DNA of 60,876 nt, filler included, from Basidiobolus ranarum (lineage: Eukaryota), in NCBI GenBank assembly GCA_040143965.1. It is 3 parts of 3 records of this genome, joined end to end, with 100 filler letters (N's around TTAATTAATTAA, not from the genome) between each part and the next. Parts side by side here need not be neighbours in the genome. Positions count along the whole stretch, not along the records: positions 40,790 to 60,876 come from JASJQH010000234.1; 2 more parts are not named here. The stretch is one strand, 5' to 3'. A program made the position numbers and the translations under genes. This document shows positions 53,699 to 60,876 of this stretch, piece by piece. The number at the start of each line of letters is the position of its first letter. Within the stretch, counting starts at the first letter, position 1. Below the pieces are notes generated by a model. The model was not told the DNA's origin. It made no database searches and was given only the letters and a program-made list of their open reading frames with translations.

Positions 53699-55765
53699 TT
53701 AATGGTATTGCTTAATTAGAGCTGCCCAAACATGTGGATGTTGCCTCATGATAAAATTAATGGCATGTACTACTTCTTGAGGGGAACCGTGATTTTTCAA
53801 CTGTGTAATCAAGGTCTGACAAATCTTGACATCGGGGGCAACTCCATGTTCAGCCATCTCCTTAAAGAATACATTTTTCGCCTTGTCACTGTCTCCTATT
53901 CTAAACCAGGCCTCCATGAGAGAAGCAAAATGGTTACTATTTAACGGGTAACGACGTTTAACATAATCCCAGAAACTCGTTAAGAAATCGACATCAGATG
54001 CGAAACCACCAGAATCGAGGACCGAAGAGATATATGAAAGTTGTGCTTCTTTAGAGTAACCTTGTAATTGAATATGATTCCAAAGTTTCAATACGTCGTC
54101 GTGTCGTCTTAAGTAATTATAACATTTGAAGACAAGGGCGTAGATGTTACTATCTGGCTCTAAATTCCATTTCTTCAGCTGTTCGTAGTACTTCAGGGTT
54201 TGGTTGTAATTTTTCGAGCGAGAATGAAGTTCCATTAGTATTCGAATACTGTGAACGTTTGGTGGCACTCCGTTTTCAATCATCTCAAGGTAGAGCGAGT
54301 CGGCTAAGGTGGTCTTCTTTTGGCTACGACAAGCTCTGAGCAAACTGTAGTATATACTGGAATCAGGTTTGATTTGATAGCTTTGCATATCTTGGTACAA
54401 GTTCATGAGTGTATCAAAGGGTAGTTTGGTGTAGCCTTTACCAATCATAAGGTTGAACGTCTTGATGTTAGGTTGAATTTTGAATTGCTTCATTTGATTG
54501 TACAGCGATTGAGCTTGAGTAGCATCCTCTTCGATAGATCCGCGTATCAGGTTGTTGAGCAATACAACATCAGGTGTACATCCCTTGTTTACGCTATCGT
54601 TATACAATTCAACTGCCTTTCCCAACTGATTTTCATTGATATAAATGCTAGAGAGGATTTGGAGAGTAACGGCGTTGGGCTCTATGTTTCGTTCTACCAT
54701 CTCTTGATACATTTCCTTGGCCTCGTCCAAGCTGCTATGCTTCGCAGTAGCGTCAATCATTGCGGAGTATATGACAACGTTAGGCTCAACTTCATTGTCC
54801 AGCATGCTTTGAAGAATCTCCCTCATCTTTTGTATGTTGCCCTTCTTTGAATATAGAGAGATCAGCGAAGAATATGTAACTACATCTGGAATGACCTGAT
54901 GCTGGAGCATTTGCTCATAAATCTTTACTGCTTTAGATATCTCTTGTTTTTTGGTGTATAAATTAATTAGTGCGGTGAAGATACTAGCATCAGGTGTGAT
55001 ATCCTTTTCAACCATTTCATTATATAATTTTAAAGCGTGGTCGTATTTCTTTGTTTTGATATAAGCGGAGATCAATATCGAATATGTGTACAAATCCCAC
55101 TCGACAGAAGCCTCAGTCAAGTCAGCCATAACTCTGGAAAAAATATCAAGGTTACCGTGAACCTTAGAGGAGTGTAAAAGAATATTGTACGTAAAGATGC
55201 TAGGTTCAACTGATTCTTCTAGCATTCGTTCATATAAAGCAAAAGCTCTTTTACTATCAGTCTTTCCAACTAATTCGATATAATTATTGTAAATAAATCG
55301 ATTCAACGTCCAATTTCTCCGTTTTAACGCACAAATGACCTTTTCACACTCTTGAAGCATGCCAAGTTTGTTGAAAGCTCTAATCAGTCTACCATATTCC
55401 CAAATGCCATCCAGTTGAAAATTCGACTTGTCCAATTCCTCATAAAAGGCTCCCATTTTCTCTTTCCAAAATGGAGTAGGTTTCGATTGATTAAGAAGGG
55501 TTATAAGGTTCCCAGCTGCTTGTAAAGATTCTTGTTTGTTCTTTGAGGTGGTAAATAAGGTGAACTCTTCCGACCATTCTGAAGCTAAAGTGGTACTTTC
55601 GACTTTACTAACGAATTCTTGTTGTTGTGCTATGGAAGAAATATAGCGAACACGAAACGGACTCACTTGGTTATGAGAAAAAATGCACCGTCTCGAAAGT
55701 AAAAGGTTGTTACAGGGTGTCCGTGAATAAGTACCTCGAAGTCGTAGTATTTTTAAAAAAACCAT
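53699..55765 (-). CDS. Pentatricopeptide repeat protein, probably mitochondrial, intronless
   Basis: 688 aa with many 35-aa repeats (PSIFTYNILL, PDVVTYSSLI, PNVVIYSAMI); basic N-terminal presequence. Confidence 0.93.
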   Translation of the reverse strand: MVFLKILRLRGTYSRTPCNNLLLSRRCIFSHNQVSPFRVRYISSIAQQQEFVSKVESTTLASEWSEEFTLFTTSKNKQESLQAAGNLITLLNQSKPTPFWKEKMGAFYEELDKSNFQLDGIWEYGRLIRAFNKLGMLQECEKVICALKRRNWTLNRFIYNNYIELVGKTDSKRAFALYERMLEESVEPSIFTYNILLHSSKVHGNLDIFSRVMADLTEASVEWDLYTYSILISAYIKTKKYDHALKLYNEMVEKDITPDASIFTALINLYTKKQEISKAVKIYEQMLQHQVIPDVVTYSSLISLYSKKGNIQKMREILQSMLDNEVEPNVVIYSAMIDATAKHSSLDEAKEMYQEMVERNIEPNAVTLQILSSIYINENQLGKAVELYNDSVNKGCTPDVVLLNNLIRGSIEEDATQAQSLYNQMKQFKIQPNIKTFNLMIGKGYTKLPFDTLMNLYQDMQSYQIKPDSSIYYSLLRACRSQKKTTLADSLYLEMIENGVPPNVHSIRILMELHSRSKNYNQTLKYYEQLKKWNLEPDSNIYALVFKCYNYLRRHDDVLKLWNHIQLQGYSKEAQLSYISSVLDSGGFASDVDFLTSFWDYVKRRYPLNSNHFASLMEAWFRIGDSDKAKNVFFKEMAEHGVAPDVKICQTLITQLKNHGSPQEVVHAINFIMRQHPHVWAALIKQYH

Positions 55766-56089
55766 GGTCCACTAGAGTATTTAAAAAAAGAACACTACAA
55801 ACATTGGATAGTTATGTTATCTAACTGTAGACTACTTGGAGTAAAAAATTCTACCAAGCAATGATTTATTGCGTCTGTAGATTATTAAGATAACCATGGA
55901 TGGTAAATTGATTAACTATTCGATAATATAATCAAACTTCAAAGTGAAAATGGAACTTTATATAGTATTATATATATATGGCCTGGAATCAAGTTGGTCA
56001 AGAACAACAAATTACTTCACAACAGAGGATACAAAGTTGAACCCAAACATTGCTAATAAAGAATATAACATAGGACATGATGAGATAGG

Positions 56090-56948
56090 TCAAGCAATTT
56101 TATCCAATGGTCGATTAAATCCACCTCTTCTGTTCATGTACTGACGATATTGTCGCTGCTTTTTTATATCTGCAGCACCAGTATCGTTACCGGCGACATG
56201 TTTCCCCTACAGCTAAGAGTTAGTAAAGTAAAAATAAAATTATTTCCTGCTTTGGTACGCACCTTGGTACTAGTAAAACCACCGATACCCATAAGCGCCA
56301 TCATCTTTTGCTCATCATCCATCTCTACTTCAGTTGAGGCCTCTATAAATCCATGTTAGTGCTGCTAATAAAAAGGTGAACTATTCTTGCAATTTACCTG
56401 GTTCTGGAGATTTGACGCTAGTAACAGATAAAATTATAGAAGATAAAAAGTGAACAAATATTGGTTAAAATTTTGCTTAGTGATATGACTGTACCTTGGT
56501 GCTTTGGGCTTGGTTTCCCGTGAGTCTGAGAAAACAAAAAAATTTCTCTGTAAGTTGATTTGTTTACCAAGTAAATACAAAAGTTCAAAAGGAAAATACC
56601 TCTATGTTCATTTGAGCGGGTTTTACTCTCATGTTTTCTACGTTCAGGGGATCTATGTCTTCTGCTTGGGGATCTTGAGACTCGTCTTCTCCTATCTGAA
56701 GAACGTGATCTACGTCTTCTTTCGCGAGAGCGTGATCTATATCGTCGAGGGGAACGAGATCTATATCTCTTATTAGGGGAGCGAGATCTACCACGTCTAT
56801 CGGGAGATCGAGAACCTCTTCGACGTATAGGTGATCTAGATCTATACCTATCCTCTTCAGGATGGTCTCTATCGCGATATTCACCTGAACTTCTTGTACG
56901 ATTAGAACGGTAATCTACTGATGGACTACGACTTCGACTACGCCCCAT
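56090..56948 (-). CDS. SNRNP27: U4/U6.U5 tri-snRNP 27 kDa protein (RS-rich), 5 exons
   Basis: RS-rich N-terminus; spliced C-terminus [42 protein letters not shown]. Confidence 0.92.
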
Positions 56949-57735
56949 TGTGTGTAAAGTAAATGAGTATTCTTTCCCTCAAATTTGATAAATTAGGTTA
57001 TTACATAATTGGCACGTGAGCTAGGAAAAGTTGGAAAAATAGGATATCAGATATGAGTTTTCATATGGGGTAAATACCCATATTTACCTTAAATGGTGAC
57101 ACCGCAAAAATACGGCTACTTACAGAGAGGGGAGAGAGGAAAATCATCATGCTTAGTCCTAGGCTCTGTAGGAGGTGGTCGATTAATTAAGCATCATTTG
57201 AGTCATATGCGGTGTGTTTCGATTTGTTTCGGATGCTCTGAACAACACATAAGAGTTGCACATATGTAACATGAGCATACAAGCTTCAACGACTCAACGT
57301 AGTACTACTGTTCAAAAAGAGAGCCCCACATTTGAGCATGGTTATGTCTAATTAACAGTTCAGGTTACGGAGCCACCGGAGAATTATGTTAACAGTAGAT
57401 GGAGCTTGATTCTAACTGATCTGTGGATGAGTAAGTCTAGTGTTTCGAGAAGTACAGAATTGGTACAGAATTTTAAGTGGTCCAGACATTCTTTTCTGAT
57501 TAGTCCAGGTTTCCGAGCACACTTGAATACAAATTTTTGGTGACATGTTATACGTTCATCGTGCCATAAAGGAATTTCTTAGTATAACCGATATGCCCTG
57601 AAGCTTCAGGACCGAAAGCCCTGCGGTCTAGCTCCGAACTTTGGTGGCTACGTATCATTTTACCTATAAAAGTTATCACTGACTTGAACCCCGACCTTTA
57701 CGTCCTGCTCGACTTTTAGCTTCTCCTCTTGTATT

Positions 57736-59342
57736 ATGAAGCAAATCACAGTTCTCGGCGGAGGTATATCCGGACTTTCTACTGCTTGGTATTTAGCCAA
57801 AGCTCTTCCAGCAACCACTCGTATTGTACTCCTAGAACGTTCAAAGCATCTTGGTGGCTGGTTAAATTCTAAAAGAACTCACAACGATACTTTGTTTGAA
57901 ACGGGACCACGTAGTCTCCGACCCAAAGGTTACGCCGGACTCTTAACACTAAACCTAGTAAGTTTCTCGTGCTATTTCTTCAACCTAAGTGTTTAATATT
58001 AACCGAAGTAAAAAAACAAAAAGGTAAATGAACTGGGTATTTCTGACCAATTACTCGTTGCCAGTAAATCTTCCCCTGCTTCAAAGCATCGGTTAATTTA
58101 CCGTGGTGGTCAACTCAACTTACTACCTCATGACCTAGGGACTCTATTATTCAAGCAACCAAAGATTCTTCAAGGGGCTACACTTGCTTTTATGAAGGAA
58201 CCCTTCGTTAAAGCTCGTAGAGACGAGGAAGATGAATCTATTCACGATTTCATCGCTCGTAGAGTAAGTCCAGAATTCGCTGAGGATATTGTGGGTGCGG
58301 TGGTTCATGGAATTTACGCAGGAAGTGCGAAGAAATTAAGTTTAAAAGCCGTGATGCCATTCTTATTTGAGGCCGAAAGAAAGTATGGATCTATCATTTT
58401 AGGTGGATTGTTAAATCAAAAGACCGACCCTAGGGTTCAAGAATTTCAACTGAAGTTACAAAAAGAGGCTCCTTACATTTGGGAGAAGATTCAAAATGCT
58501 TCGGTGTTTTCATTCAAGGAAGGTATTCAAGCAATATCTGATGGCATTGTAGAGAACTTGAAGCGCTATCCCAATGTAACCCTGAAGACAGAGGTGGAAT
58601 GTGACAGGTTGGAGTTTGGAGAAGATGCCAAGGTACACATTTACTCTGCTTACTCATTGTAACTCCTTATATTAACTAGTAGTGTTAGGTGATCCTCAAA
58701 AACGGAGAGACGTACTCAAGTGATCATATTGTGAGTGCCATTCCATCCGTCAAGCTGTCTTCATTACTGCCTAAATCCATTCCTACTCTGAACAAAACTG
58801 TTGGCACCGACATTGGCGTGGTGAACTTGTCGTTCTCTGGTAAGGATGTCCTGCCAATTCAAGGCTTTGGATACTTGGTCCCTCCCATTGAGAAGGAACC
58901 TGTTCTTGGGGTTGTGTTCGACTCCTCCAATTTACCTGAGCAAGACCGTGGTAAAGACATCACTAGAATCACTGCTATGATGGGAGGTCACAGATTCCGG
59001 GAATTATTCGGAGAACCAGAGACTGCCAGTAAAGAACAGATACTTGAAATGGCCAAATCCACTATTTCTAGACAGTTAGGAATCCAGAAAGAACCTATTG
59101 AGACTCAAGTTTCGGTTCTCCCTGAATGTATTCCTCAGTACTTGGTTGGTCATCAAGAGAGACTTGTCAAAACCAATTCTGACTTGAAGGAGCTCTATCC
59201 AGATCAACTTAGTGTGACAGGTGCCTCTTACTTGGGAGTTTCTGTCAATGACTGTGTTGCCTCTTCCTACGAACTTGTTAATTCACTTGTTGCTTCCAAA
59301 TTTAAGGGTATCACTGGCTTAGAGAAAACCAGTAGATACTAA
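57736..59342 (+). CDS. HEM14: Protoporphyrinogen oxidase, 3 exons
   Basis: VLGGGISGLSTAW, FETGPRSLRP, HGIYAG, GFGYLVP, IPQYLVGH, GASYLGVSVNDC. Confidence 0.94.
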
Positions 59343-59387
59343 TCAAGTATTTTGTTTATATTTAGTTCTCATTAATCAATTTAATAA

Positions 59388-59425
59388 ACAATCAATTTAG
59401 TAAACAATCAATTTAGTAAACAATC
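59388..59425 (+). repeat. 16-bp tandem repeat in the HEM14 3' UTR
   Basis: caattta(a/g)taaacaat repeated about three times. Confidence 0.75.
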
Positions 59426-59456
59426 CATGGATTATGCCATTATCATATCTAAATAC

Positions 59457-60876
59457 TCATAAATTTTGTGTGTCAAATTTTCTTCCATTCAACACTGATG
59501 TAAGCAAATCCATTAAAGGTCTGGTTAATATGTCAGCTATCATACTTTTTGTTGAACAATAAGTTAAGTCAATATACTTACTTTCGATAGGCTCCCTAAT
59601 AGAGTGATGCTTAATATTGTTGCAGTATTTGGGGAGTTGTTGGAAGTGATTAGGAGAACTAGCTGAATTGGTGGCTTTCACTTATACATTTAGTGAGTGG
59701 AAGATTATCATTATAGTCTTGTTGAGTGGTAAAGAATGGATGCAAAAAGTGGTAAGGAAGGTTCCTGAAAGAAATAAAGCTTGGGGCCTCTAGGAAAAGT
59801 ATGAGAATCTCTATAGTTGGGAACTTCTAAGTTGGTAAAAATATTTCAATTAAGTTCCAATTGAGAATAGTGAGTGATATCCTATTGAAATATGAAACTG
59901 CCATTACAGTTTTTTGGAGCCTGTTTGAAGTGGTTTGGAGAGCTAGAGAAATTGGTGGCTCTCACTTTTTGATTTATTGGGTAGAAAGTGCCAAAGTATT
60001 TGGGAGCCTGTTGGAAGTGGCTGGGAGAATTAGCAAAATTGGTGGTTTTCACTTATTGATTTATTGAGTTGAAAGTTGACATTCATATTCTGTCAGAATG
60101 AAGACATACTAGCATGTAAAATGTGTTAAAGAAGCTTCCAGGAACATGTGTGCAAAGTTTGAGCCTTTAGCACAAGATTGAAAATCTATATATCTAAGAA
60201 TTTCTAAGTTGGTCAAAATACTCAAAGTAAATTCCAACTGAGAATAATGGTTAATATCTTGGTGAAATATAAGATAACTAAGTACTAAGCTAAATATGAC
60301 TATATGGATGTTTAGGCAATGCTAATTTCAACACACTCTCTCAACTAAATAGTATTAGTAACTAATCTTCCTGAAGGCCATGATTTCTCAAATTTCTGTC
60401 TAGCTAATGGTTTGGTTAATATATCAGCAATCATGTCTTCTGTAGAACCATAAATTAAGTCAATAAACTTAGTCTCTGTAAACTCTCTAATAAAATAATG
60501 TCTAACATCTATCTGTTTGCTTCTTTTATGAAAGCTAGGATTTCTAGCAAATTTGATACAACTTCAATTATCTTGAAATATTGTAGGTAGTGAATTTGAG
60601 AATAGACCAAATCTGTTAAGGGTTCTCTTGACCATATTGCTTCCTTTGTTGCTTCACAAGCAGCCACTTATTCTGCTTCTGTTGTTAAAAGTGCTATGGT
60701 AAGTTGTTTCTTTGAATCAAGATGTTTCTAAGAAGAAAATTCCTTAACTTAAAGACAAAGCCAGGAGAATGTTAAAGTATTTGGGAGCCTGTTGGAAGTG
60801 GTTTGGAGAATTAGAGGAATTGGTGGTTTTCACTTATTGATTTATTGAGTAGAAAGTTGACATTTATAGTTTTGTC
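59457..60876 (-). mobile_element. Nested cluster of copia remnants: two RNase H fragments and four LTR copies
   Basis: RNase H fragments at 59457-59618 (IKHHSIRE..MIADILTRPL) and about 60340-60715 (STEDMIADILTKPLA); full LTR 59989-60333 next to a purine tract; partial LTRs from about 59619, about 59899 and 60770. Confidence 0.9.

Noticed and set aside
57597-57630. Palindrome CCTGAAGCTTCAGG and adjacent GACCG..CGGTC hairpin resembling a hammerhead ribozyme
   Set aside because: It lacks the CUGANGA core; short palindromes are expected by chance.

Overview
Eukaryotic, intron-rich, gene-dense fungal DNA. Gene content, short GT-AG introns, retained U12-type introns and TTAGGG motifs point to an early-diverging fungus (Basidiobolus-like Zoopagomycota/Mucoromycota; this is an inference). 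The window is three sequence blocks joined by two artificial 100-nt spacers (N44-TTAATTAATTAA-N44). It carries about 21 recognisable genes: copine, a Rib2-like deaminase, a CaMK, MDJ1, a USP36/42-like protease, ETT1/Nro1, ATP1, PP2A B55, DNM1, an APSES factor, arsenite methyltransferase, COX8, two Pho80/Pcl-like cyclins, a TRMT61B-like methyltransferase, PHO8, an MFS permease, an M17 aminopeptidase, a PPR protein, SNRNP27 and HEM14. It also carries nested remnants of one Ty1/copia family. The most notable signals are two U12-type (minor spliceosome) introns in the PP2A B55 gene, an 8-nt microexon encoding the kinase catalytic D-L-K, and a copia element with a half-tRNAiMet (Hemivirus-type) primer-binding site that repeatedly inserts into itself. 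Telomere-like TTAGGG motifs sit upstream of several genes. I found no clearly new multi-gene system. Exon structures were read by eye.
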